Assembly (NCBI RefSeq): GCF_002571385.2 | Contig: NW_019217823.1 | Span: forward strand, 1,035,508-1,099,082 | Reading direction: 5' to 3' | Length of the DNA: 63,575 bases | DNA from: Stylophora pistillata | Taxonomy: Eukaryota | In this document: positions 52,753 through 63,575 of the stretch, piece by piece | How the letters are laid out: each line of letters begins with the position of its first letter | Position numbering within the stretch: the first letter of the stretch is position 1 | Program-made: the position numbers and the translations under genes | Notes under the pieces: model-generated | What the model saw: only the letters and a program-made list of their open reading frames with translations | What the model was told of the DNA's origin: nothing | The model's database searches: none

Positions 52753-54908
52753 TTTGTGTCATNNNNNNNNNNNNNNNNNAAAAAAATCAGTTTGAAAGTG
52801 GTTAAGTGAATTTGTTACCTTTTTTATTCCTTGCAGTTATTAACGTCACCAAAAAACAGGAGGTTTGATCAGCTTAGTAAACGTGTTAGTAGCGTATATT
52901 AACTTTATGTATTTAGATATCTTGAACAGAATTATGAATGCTATGAAAGGTGTTTGGAATGAATTGACTGTGACGATTGTCTTCTGTATCTAAGACTTTA
53001 GCATCAGCACAAAGGAAGTAACTGATTTAATTTAAATTAAACTGTTTCCTGAAGAGTTTTTCTCACTTTCCCTGAAAGAAAATGCAAAATCAATTTGATC
53101 GTAAATAGATCAGTCAGCTGGTAAAATTAAAATTTAAACCTTTTCAGGTAATATGAAGTCAAAATTATTTTTTTGCCTTGGTAACTAATTGCCAGGGAAT
53201 GATGACAGCTTATTCCGCACTGGAGAAACAGCCGATTATTACCGGAAAATTAATAAGTAATAAATGTACCAATGGTAGAAAATGTAAAGGGAAACAAAAA
53301 TTTTGAAAATGAATCGGAAACTTTTATAATCTCCGTAACAATTCAGGACGATTGTGAATATCTAATGACCCACCATGCAGCGTTTGAAATTTTTATACTC
53401 TCTTTTTCACAGAAATTGCATTAACAGTCCGAGGCAGTCTTTTTTCATGAATAAAAGTAATCAAGTCTGCTTACAGAAAATGTATGATGATGAGAGGATA
53501 GTTCAAACAAACCGGTGTTATTACATTTTTATTAAATGAGGCGGTAGGAAATTAATCTAGAAGTGTAAGAATTCTCTATAGGAAACTTGGCGACGACTTT
53601 GCGATATGCGTTAAAAAAACAAAGTCATAGAACTTAATCCGCCTGTGCAATCGACTAATTAAACAAATCTTGTCGGTTTCTGAGTGTTTCTTTTAATGAT
53701 CTTTAAGTATGTCATTTTGTAACAAATATATTCCATTCCCTTTTTATGTCTTGTATCTTTTCTCCAGTTTTTGCAATCTTACGCAGGACGATTTCCCTTG
53801 GTGTTAAATTCAGATGCTGAGCGAGTAAGATCGAAGATTCCCTACCCACCTCTCCCCACCCTGTTACTTGTGCACGAGTCTTAGTCCAACGCGAGAGAAC
53901 ATAAATATGTACTTCGCTCCATGTTAGGAGAGTGGCAAATGGTTTATATAGCACACGTGACTAATCCCAAAAATAATACGCGACGCGCAAATTTTAAAGA
54001 AAGGCACTGTAAGGTGAGAGTTGAGGTTTTTCCTTTTAATTCGTGTATATGAAATAATGTTTAATGTACACGTGACGCCCGAATTCACCCACCCCAGCAT
54101 TCCCCTCCCTCCCCCTGTTGTACAATGCTTCAGGCATTAAGCAGAAAAACTTGAATTTCCACTGCATTTAAATCGCCAAATATTTGCTGATCTGGAGTTT
54201 CTAAATCAGTCCAGCAGAAATCTATTCGCAGTATTATGGTCAGATGATTGGTCCCCTGATGACTACAGCAGGCTGTCGAAGGTGGCGATAGCGATAAAAC
54301 GTTTTCATAATTAAATTTTTTCAGCAAAGATTCAGGATTTAGTCGGTGTCAATATGAAAACAGAGAGCGTGGGTAGATTCCCTTTCGTTTTAATTAATCA
54401 ACTGAACTACCGTTTTAAAAAATAAGTGTGGTGTCTTTCAATCTACCGAAACATTGTGAAAGGTATTTTCTAATATCTTTCACAAAGGAACTGACACAAA
54501 GCTCAACGATATAAAAATGGTTTGACAAAGCGGGATGAATAGGATTTAGGAACTGAGATTTTTAGCCGAACGTGTTTACGATTACATTGCAAATGTAAAC
54601 TTTGAATAATTTACATATCCGCATATCTATAGCAGATAACATTTTGTAAAGGTTTGATAGGGTTTTTATCTTATCACATGGGTATGATAATTGGGAAAAG
54701 TTAAGAGAAATTACAGAAAATACAGAGTTTAAATTACAGACGCGAACTGCATGGAAACAAACTGGTGTAGTAGAAATGGTATCCAACACGGACTCCACTT
54801 TGCAAGCACAGCTGCTAGCTGTTAATGGGGTATCAATACCCTATTTTTGAATACTTCTTTTCATCTCAGAATTCTTTGTTTATAAACAATAGCGCACAAA
54901 TCAGTCTC

Positions 54909-55595
54909 TCAGTAGAGAGAATTCACCGTAGAATTGTCCCTAGTGTCAACCGCAGCCATTAATCCACATCGACAAGTTAGAAACCTCTTTATATACACCC
55001 TGAAATGTGTGCTGTAAAAACTATAAATAAACGGGTTGGCTGCAGCAGAAGCTATGGTTAATAACTGACTTAGTTTCCAGATTAATTCCCCTTCATACCA
55101 ATTGAAATAACGAAGTGTTCGAGTGAAAATGAAAGGAGACCAAAACGCGAAAAAAACTATCGTCACTACCCCTAACATTCGACTCGCCTTCTTATGGCGC
55201 GCTCGCATAGAGAGAGCGATCTGTTGTGTTGGTGCGACCTGTGACTTAAAAACGCGTTTGATCTTCAACTGCGTCCAAATCATGATTAATAGAGGAACAA
55301 AGAATAGTACAGCCGCGGTCAAACTGTAGTAAATCCGCCTTCCGAGGTGCGTCCATGCGTCGTTCATACAGGGTATAAAAACGGTGTTACTGTTCGAAGT
55401 TTCTTCCGTCAAATTGTACGCGAAGAGAAGAGGTGAGCATAGCAATACGGCCAAAATCCACACAATTATCGATCGAGATCTTCTTTCTTTAACTCGCTGA
55501 ATGCGTGATTTTATTCGTAAATCCGAGATGGACTTGACCTTCTCGCGGCTGATTGCCATTAGGGTGAGTATTCCCGCGGAGTAGCATAACTCGAC
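54909..55595 (-). pseudogene. Rhodopsin-family GPCR (neuropeptide-receptor-like), TM3-TM7 only; 5' part truncated or displaced
   Basis: YSAGILTLMAISREK (TM3), IVWILAVLLCSP (TM4), LFFVPLLIM (TM5), FFAFWSPF (TM6), AANPFIYSF (TM7). It abuts a Penelope fragment upstream. Confidence 0.8.
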
Positions 55596-55908
55596 AAATT
55601 ACTTCAAAACGATCCAGAGACAAGCACTACCTTTTCGCAGCCTCCACTCGTTTCATTCAAACGCGACAAAAATATGGGCAATTTTTTGGTCAGAAGTTCT
55701 TTTCAGACTAATGACCAACCAGGCACTTTTAAATGCGCTCGTGCACAATGCAAAACGTGTCCTTTCATTCACAACACTGATAAAATATCGGGACCTCAAC
55801 GATCCATTAAGATCACCGATCACTTTACGTGCACCTCCGCCAATGTAATCTATTGGATAACTTGCACTTGTTGCAAAAAGATATACATCGGCGAAACAGG
55901 CAGAAGAC
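55596..55908 (+). mobile_element. Penelope-like element fragment (Cys-rich linker plus GIY-YIG start; Neptune-like), cut by a gap
   Basis: PPLVSFKRDKNMGNFLVRS, CARAQCKTC, HFTCTSANVIY.ITC..CKKIYIGETGR. Confidence 0.9.
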
Positions 55909-57600
55909 NNNNNNNNNNNNNNNNNNNNNNNNNNNNNNNNNNNNNNNNNNNNNNNNNNNNNNNNNNNNNNNNNNNNNNNNNNNNNNNNNNNNNNNNNNNN
56001 NNNNNNNNNNNNNNNNNNNNNNNNNNNNNNNNNNNNNNNNNNNNNNNNNNNNNNNNNNNNNNNNNNGTAAGTACAATATATATCATTTCTTCACGTTATC
56101 TTACTACAATCATATTTTACAGTTGTTTACACACTTTTCGGTTTCGAGGAAGTTGTGATACTAAGACTTAATCGTTGCTGTTCCTTGATGATCAAAGCTC
56201 TGTTAATCTACTCCATGTTACTCAGAATTTGACAGAAATAGCTTTAAGTAAATTCCTTCAAGATTCCATCGATCAGCGTTGCCCTAAGCTTTTTTATTTT
56301 GCACAAATGTACTTCCTGTTATTGTTGCTGCTGTTAAGTTTAGTTCTATTAAGCTTCAGTCGAGTAGACTGAGGAGTTATGCATCACAAGACCATTGTGA
56401 GCCATTCTGCATTGCAGTTTCCTCAAGATTCGCCTTTCCTAATTATTTCACTAAGAGCGTAAGACCACATCAGCAAAGATTTAGCCATGAGGCGAGGCAG
56501 AGAGGAATTCAAAGGAGTTTTCTCCCTGCGGCTATTTTCGTTCTCCTTCAGCCATGGTTCTATATTACAGCGAACGGTTGATGCCTGAATTCGGTCACGT
56601 TTGGTTATCGTATGAGATTACTGTATACGGAATACTCGAATTAGAGAGCTCCAAAGCTAGATGAGGGAAACCTAAAATGCTGGTTTGAGAATTTAATTGC
56701 AGGTTTTGACTCATAAGTTTACTAAATTGTACAACATTCAACCGATTGGAACATTCTCGAACAGAAAATCCATCGTAAGGGGATTCTATTACGTAATTTT
56801 GATTAACTTGTTTATTTCTTTACCAACGATTTCCGGTTGTCTCTCTCTCTATATATTGCCTGTTAAGTCTTTATCCTCCTCATAGCGACGTAAAACCCTC
56901 CATAATACATTACAAAATAATAAAATCAACAATATGATTTTTATCTCCTTTCACCTTCCATTTTCTGAGACTTTTTAAGCTTTTATTCCGACTTCTTTTT
57001 CAGTAAGTGTCTTAAGACTACAGGCTCACTATATACTTTATCCACTCACCTGCTAATACCAAAAATTGTTTTCTTGCAAAGTGTTTATCTTAAGAATTCA
57101 ACCATGCCCATGCATTTCCGCAGTGGCGGATCCAGGGGGAGGGTCCGAGGGAACCCGTGTTGCAAATTTATTCGAAAAGAAATGCAGCGATAATTCACCG
57201 TTGTCCGCTAATTTTTTTCTAAATTAGTCTGCAGAGGCATAACTTTGCTTGTTTTTAATATTTTAATACTTTGAAAGACCATTAAAAAACAATTCTACCA
57301 GCCCTCAATTTTACCAGCTCTCCACACATATGCTGTTTTAACGTTGTGACTTGGAAAAACGCCTAGCCGGTCAGCGAAAGGTGAAGGTCGCGAAACAGAA
57401 AATAGGTCAGCTCTTAAGGGCGATCTTAACTGCTGGTAAATAATTCTAAAATAAAAGTTCCCTTGGTGCAGCCATCTCCGGCTACAGCAGCGAGACTATT
57501 CTCGATACCTAAAAGGTTGTTTCACAAACCCTTGACTAAGGCGTTTGAGATGTACTTGAGGGTGTCCCTCTCAGCAACGCACTCTCTTTCTACCGAACTA

Positions 57601-58065
57601 CTGGCTCCGGTTGTTCAAAGGCTGGATAGCGCCATCCACTAGATAAAACTCTATCCGGTGGGTAACGCTATACATTTTGCTATCGCTTATCCGCCGGATA
57701 ACGATTTATCCGTAGGATAGCGTTATCCGGCCTTTATTACACGCCTCGGGCAGGCAGAGGGCCAATAACTGAAATCAATCAATCAAAATGCTCTATTGCC
57801 GGGCAATATTCTCTCAGTATTGGACCGGGCACTTTCCCGAATGCTCCCGAATGATACCGCACTTGTGTCCCTTTGAACTTCAGTCGTATAATAAATCTCT
57901 TATTAGCCAAGCTTGCTCGGGACCCTACCGGAAGAATATCGGCCCTCGGTCTTTTTTGTACGAACCTCGCTGCGCTCGGGCGTAGTGTCAAGACCTCGGA
58001 CCGATATTCTCCCAGTACGGCCCTCGCGCTTGGTTAATAAGATATATTTATACAACTGGACCCTG
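57601..58065. mobile_element. Harbinger-like MITE with a nested insertion, present only in duplication copy B
   Basis: CTG-GCTCCGGTTGTTCAAA ... TACAACTGGACC-CTG. Copy A has the empty site (~47660, tgctggtatttaatt). Confidence 0.7.
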
Positions 58066-58322
58066 GTATTTAATTGAATTGGATATCTAACATTAGACGC
58101 TGTTCTTTAAATTCTTCATAAAAATGTTTTTAAGGGTTCCTCTATGAAAACAAAACAANACCCAACCGCGTGCTCTCGACGAAACTGTTACTTAAACATG
58201 TCAACGACGATACGAATTGGTCACACAATACTGAGTCACGCAATAGTGTTCGTTCCGATAACAGAAGTTAGTCGGGACAACCCACGGCTTGTCCAGTCAG
58301 AATCTACACTGCAATTGCGATT

Positions 58323-58353
<31 letters not shown>

Positions 58354-58712
58354 TGCTATTTTGTTTTTGCTCTTCTTCTTAAGAATCCTTTTGGGGAGTT
58401 AAAGAAACGGGAATTCAAATCAAGGGGATGAGTTCGTCTTCTCTAACATCTCATTCTCATACGCGGATTTTTGATAACCTGTTATTTTTTAATGCGCTAG
58501 AGCAGTCAACTTTCAGCCGTAAGCTATTGTAACAGCAATCTTAATATGAGATAAACACTCAACTGTTTGTACTGGCTCCCTGTCTATGCAAAGCAAAGTG
58601 ATTCGACTGAAGAAAGCTCAGATGAGCCATTTCTGTGGTGAAAAAATTTAAAATTTCGTGTTTTTCTCACAAAGGACCAGTTGTAAAACTTCCAAAGTCG
58701 TTCAAGCCAAAT

Positions 58713-61121
58713 ATGGCCTCTTCTGTGGAATACAGAGAGGAGCAACTAAACTACTACAGGATCTGTTACGTTACCACTGACATCCTGACCGAAGGTCTGC
58801 GAGAAATCTTCAAACAAGAATGGGACAATCGCTACAAAGCTACGTCGGGAGAGTGGAAAGATTCACTGAAAAACGGACTGGACTTTCGCAACGGCGAGTC
58901 GCCAAAGAACCAAAAGAAGCATGCTCGTTTATTAACAACCATGACTAAAGGCAACAGAGCTGACTGGGATTGTACCATGTTGTTTTACGCCATTCTTTAC
59001 TCCGATTGCATCCATAGTCTCAATGCAGTCGTTAGGTCAAATGTGGACAACCTCAGGCTGTTTCGGAACGAAGAGTTCACGCATATCGCACGAGGTCACC
59101 TCTCTGACGTAGAGTTTCAGAGTGCTATTAGCAAAGTAGAGAATGCATTCCAAGCTCTCGGTCTTTCCACTGTGGAAATTCAAGACCTTAAAACCCAAAA
59201 ATGTTTTCCAACAGAGCAGCTGAGACGTGTTTTGAAGAAAGTGGACGACCTTAAACAGGAAGTTCAGGAGAAAGAAAAAGAAGTTCAGGAGAAAGACAAG
59301 AAGCTACACGAGACAGGAAAGGAACTTCGCGAAAAAGAAGAACAAAGACAGACTCTTGAAGAACAGTTAAACAGCGATGCTCCTTCATTTTGCATTCTTC
59401 CTCCCAAGCCCTCTCATCATGTCGCAGATCGAGATTCTGATGTGTCTGAGATTATACAAAAGCTAAAAGAGTTGAAAAGGTGCACAAGATTAAGTTACCT
59501 GTATATATCGGGTAATCCTGGAAGTGGTAAATCGCAGATAGCATCGCTCGTAGGAAAGCGTTTTTTTGACGAAGTCACTGAAGAAATTCCATCTACTGCA
59601 TTCTTTGTGATGACCCTGAATGCTGGACACTCTAAAACACTTTTGGAATCGTATGTCTCTTTCGCTCGCCATCTGAAGTGCCCAGAATACGCAGTTACCA
59701 ACACATTTACCTCAAAAGATTTGAGTACAATTGAGAAGATCAGAAGTCTCAAAACATTGATCAGCCCAAAAATTGAACTGTACTCATCGTGGCTACTGAT
59801 AGTTGATAACATCACCAGCATGTCTCATCTGGATTGTAATTTACCTGATACAGGAAATGGGCAGTGGGCAAGGGGCCAGTTGCTGATAACGACACAGGAT
59901 ACTGCGGCTCTACCACTGTCAGGCTCATTTATCCAACATATCTCAGTCAGCAAAGGTATGGACCCTCATGAAGCCCGCTCTCTTTTAGAAATCCTTTCTG
60001 GAGTTACTGACCCCGAGATGGAGAAAGTTTGTCAGGTTTTAGACTACCAACCACTTGCCCTTGCAAGCGCTGCCACTTATGTAAGAGAAGTAAGAAAAAC
60101 TGGATTATCTTCGAGTTTTGGTTTTATTGACTTTTTAAAGAAACTAAACCAAGGGAAGAGAAGTACAACAGAAGCCATGCTTACTGAAACCAACCCAAGT
60201 TACAAAAACTCCATGACTGCTGCTACAACACTTGCTGTTGAGAAGGCGATCGCAACAGATAAGGTTTTGGAGCACACTTTTAATTTTCTCTCTGTCTGTG
60301 CACCACACCCTTTGAGTATAGAAATTGTTGTTAATTACGTGAGGAAAGTGGATCAAGAGCTTAAAGATCCTGAAATGCTTGCCACGAGAATTCGGAAATG
60401 CTCTTTGCTGTTATTTGAAAAAGATAACAGTGGCGTTTACATTCGAGTGCATCAGATTGTCCATGACGTCATCGGGGTCATTATCAAAACTGTCGCAAAA
60501 AGCAAAGTCGAGNNNNNNNNNNNNNTTACTTACAATAATCTGGGTACTGTGCACCATGATCTTGGTGACCTGCAGCAGGCAAAAGAATGTCATGATCGTG
60601 CACTGACCATTCGTCTGAAAAAGCTCGGACCTGAACATGTCGATGTGGCAGCTACTTACAATAATCTGGGTACTGTGCACTATGATCTTAGTGACCTGCA
60701 GCAGGCAAAAGAATGCTATGATCGTGCACTGACCATTCGTCTGAAAAAGCTCGGACCTGAACATGTCGGTGTGGCAAATACTTACAATAATCTGGGTACT
60801 GTGCACCAGGATCTTGGTGACCTGCAGGAGGCAAAAGAATGTCATGATCGTGCACTGACCATTCGTGTGAAAAAGCTCGCACCTGAACATGTCGATGCGG
60901 CAGCTACTTACAATAATCTGGGTACTGTGCATTATGATCGTGGTGACCTTCGGCAAGTAAAAGAATTTCCCGATCGTGCACAGACCAGTTATCTGAAAAA
61001 GCCTGGACCTGAACATAATGATGTGGTAGCCGTGCGTAATAACTTAGAGATGGTACAACGGGAAAGAGAGAATGTAGGAAAGTCTACCATATCTCACAGT
61101 GTCCGCTGTATGATATTTTAA
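58713..61121 (+). CDS. NLR-like protein copy B: DZIP3-type HEPN, coiled coil, complete STAND/NB-ARC, gap, at least 4 TPR repeats
   Basis: ATG at 58713; HEPN RNEEFTH; Walker A GNPGSGKS; Walker B WLLIVDN; sensor-1 LLITTQ; YQPLAL (GxP equivalent); VHQIV (MHD equivalent). N gap at 60513-60526 precedes the TPRs. Confidence 0.92.
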   Translation: MASSVEYREEQLNYYRICYVTTDILTEGLREIFKQEWDNRYKATSGEWKDSLKNGLDFRNGESPKNQKKHARLLTTMTKGNRADWDCTMLFYAILYSDCIHSLNAVVRSNVDNLRLFRNEEFTHIARGHLSDVEFQSAISKVENAFQALGLSTVEIQDLKTQKCFPTEQLRRVLKKVDDLKQEVQEKEKEVQEKDKKLHETGKELREKEEQRQTLEEQLNSDAPSFCILPPKPSHHVADRDSDVSEIIQKLKELKRCTRLSYLYISGNPGSGKSQIASLVGKRFFDEVTEEIPSTAFFVMTLNAGHSKTLLESYVSFARHLKCPEYAVTNTFTSKDLSTIEKIRSLKTLISPKIELYSSWLLIVDNITSMSHLDCNLPDTGNGQWARGQLLITTQDTAALPLSGSFIQHISVSKGMDPHEARSLLEILSGVTDPEMEKVCQVLDYQPLALASAATYVREVRKTGLSSSFGFIDFLKKLNQGKRSTTEAMLTETNPSYKNSMTAATTLAVEKAIATDKVLEHTFNFLSVCAPHPLSIEIVVNYVRKVDQELKDPEMLATRIRKCSLLLFEKDNSGVYIRVHQIVHDVIGVIIKTVAKSKVEXXXXXTYNNLGTVHHDLGDLQQAKECHDRALTIRLKKLGPEHVDVAATYNNLGTVHYDLSDLQQAKECYDRALTIRLKKLGPEHVGVANTYNNLGTVHQDLGDLQEAKECHDRALTIRVKKLAPEHVDAAATYNNLGTVHYDRGDLRQVKEFPDRAQTSYLKKPGPEHNDVVAVRNNLEMVQRERENVGKSTISHSVRCMIF

Positions 61122-62799
61122 GTAGACTTTTCATTTTGTGTTTAACTAGAAAAGTGGCGGACATGATACTTCGAGGACTTGCTATCAATTTTTTTGCCAG
61201 AGAAGGAAATTTACTGGAAAATTAGATTTCTTTGGTAGAAGGAGAATTCCATGAATTCAAAAGCTAAGAGAAATGAAAGTTTTTCAACTGTTTTACCCAA
61301 TCCGTTTCGTCAGTTTTCTTAATACAATTTTAAACACAAAAGTCAGCTTAATATGAATTTCAATGACCGAAAATAGAAACAGAAATAGTCCTTTACACCC
61401 CAACATCAATATCCTTATTCTCCATTCACTGAAAAGGAGATCTGGTTCATTAATCAAAGCTTCTAAGGTTGCTGATCATTTCCTTTATTCTCGTCATCTT
61501 AATGAATGATTCAGCGGTATCAGTGTGAAGAGAAATTAGATGCTGGTCATTGAAACTCAGGCAGAAGTCAGTCTTTCCAATATTCCACCTGCTGTTTATT
61601 TTTTACCACAATTGGTAGTAAGGTCGCAATCTGATTGGCAATTTGTCGTTGTCGACAAGAATACAGACAGCGCCGCTCGCGTCAACGTGTCACGCATGGA
61701 AAGAATCGTTTTTATTTATCTTACGTAAGATATGAGTACAGACCACGCTAAACCACCGTCAATTTGTTAAGTTACTTGATTATTCATAGGCTCGACTGCG
61801 AATGGCATGACGTAGGACTTTATCGACTACGCATCGATGTCATTTAGTTGAGGTCGAAAACTTGTCATTAATCTCTCCCGCCACACCCCTGTTGTCTGCT
61901 TCATTGCTAATCTCAGTTTACTCAGGTGGGTTTGGTCGTCCGGATTGCCGGAAACTTTTATTATCTCAGTGACAATTCATGTCGATCGTGAATATCTAAT
62001 GACTCACCATGTAGCGTTTGAAAGTTTTCATACCTCCGGTATTTAACAAATATGGCATTAACATTCGCGGTCTTTTTCTCCTGACTAAAACTAATCGATT
62101 GTGCTTACAGAAAACTTATGATGCTTAGAGGATAGTTTAGAGAAACCGGTTTTATTATAATTTTGTTAAATGAGGCGGTAGGAAGTAAATAATGAAAGTG
62201 TAAGAATTGTCTCTAGGAAGCCGTGGGGAAGACTTTGCGATATGCGTTACAACTAAAAAATCATTTAACTTAATCTGCGCAGTCGGCCAATTAAAACAAT
62301 TTGGAAGTTTCTGGTTGTTTCTTTTAATTATCATTAGGTTTTAGTGTGTTATTTTGCGACGTATATACTCCATTCCCTTCATATGTCTTGTGCCTTTTTT
62401 CTAGTTTGCATAATCTTACGCAAGAAGCTTTCTTTTACTGTTAAATTCAGATGCTTAACGAGTAAGACCGAAGATTTCTTACCCAGCAATCACACCGGAC
62501 TCTAATTTACGGGGCATATTGCTTCCACCGTATCCTCCGACATGTCGTAGATTGGGCCAAATTAACCGCGTACCTGCACTCAAACTTGGCCCATCCGTGA
62601 CGGAGTTCAGGCGCCTACTCAGGCGAAAACTTCTTAATGATTGTTTTATTTAATTTTTATTCAACCTTTGTCTTCTTTTAATGTCATCATTTTCATATGT
62701 TTAGTTTTCTGCGTTTTTAATGTAATCAACGTTGACTCTGAAAAGCCACGCGGGGGACATGCTGATAAAGTATAAATGTATGTATGTATCTTTGTGTCA

Positions 62800-63230
62800 T
62801 TTGTAACATTAGGTTATTTTTCTTTCCTTTTATGCGCACTCAGCTCAAATTTACGATTTAAACCACTGCTGGTGGTTATTCTTACATTGCTTAACAGTTC
62901 CGGCCATATTCTGAAACGTGATGCCAACCTGTGTTTAGAAAATCGCGTGAGTTCTAAACCTAAATCTCACTTGTAGTTGTCACGCAGACTTATATCACGC
63001 AAACTTTTCTTCAAGGTGGTGCGGTAGACATTCAAGACAAGGTTACATTGACCACAATAGCTTGAGGTTAAGAGGGTCGACACATATATCGATAAAAGTA
63101 TAGTATTTCGCTCGGAGTGATGTATCAAAAAAAGCCACGATGTAATAGAGCAGACTATGAGTAGTTTCGTTTTCGAGTTCCGCCCCCGGATGATTACAAA
63201 CAAGTACTATAACTCTTTATTTCAGGAATA
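62800..63230 (-). mobile_element. Probable degraded LINE 3' fragment
   Basis: Minus-strand translation with SLRDNYK ... RIWPELL resembles an ORF2 C-terminus; heavily decayed. Confidence 0.35.
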
Positions 63231-63575
63231 GTATCACTACTTTGCTGAATTGGTCGCCGCTGTAAGTAAAATTTATTACTTTATTACTGAGATTACAATT
63301 CAGCGTTGTATGGGTCTTCCGATCTAACTTGTTCGTTTAAGCAAGTCATATGCAATCCTGAAACTAAGTCGTCGCATATTGTCATATTGACAGACTGCTC
63401 TTCCTCCTTTTTGTCGTTCTTAGTTAAACAGAGGCATACCCAAACGATTTTGCGAAGTCTTCCGCCGTTCTTTACGCCCCAATACCCTCGAATATATCGA
63501 ATCTACTTGAGCGGCAGTTGTCGCAAAAACTTAGCACAATCTCACAAATGAATCAAATAGGGTTAAGCTTCCTCA

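Larger units (their letters stand above)
45830..52762 (+). repeat. Segmental duplication copy A (paralogous to ~56067-62781)
   Basis: 45830-47760 aligns by eye with 56067-58158, and 48320-52762 with 58700-62781. Confidence 0.9.

Overview
Eukaryotic, AT-rich animal genomic DNA from a gapped draft assembly. The repeat families and gene content suggest a cnidarian, probably a stony coral (inference). The window has three zones. (1) 1-19 kb is TE-rich. It holds nested CR1/L2-type LINEs, a deleted Gypsy element, a Penelope 3' end with a hammerhead ribozyme, several MITEs, a 247-bp tRNA-Thr-derived tandem array that flips orientation, and one GT92-like glycosyltransferase gene. (2) 19.4-43.7 kb is a compact block of spliced housekeeping and ciliary genes: SRRD, DCTPP1, UQCR10, SLX1, NDUFS8, TMEM17, an intronless uncharacterised gene with a possible Bro-N-like domain, and TEKT1. 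It includes three head-to-head pairs. (3) 45-63 kb is a tandem segmental duplication encoding NLR-like proteins: DZIP3-type HEPN, coiled coil, STAND/NB-ARC, then near-identical 126-bp TPR repeats that vary mainly at predicted groove-lining residues. A 5'-truncated GPCR and a second Penelope fragment lie between the copies. The best candidates for a new system are the HEPN-STAND-TPR receptor cluster and the Penelope-linked tRNA-like concatemer. Exon structures were read by hand and no database searches were run. Several junctions fall on N gaps.
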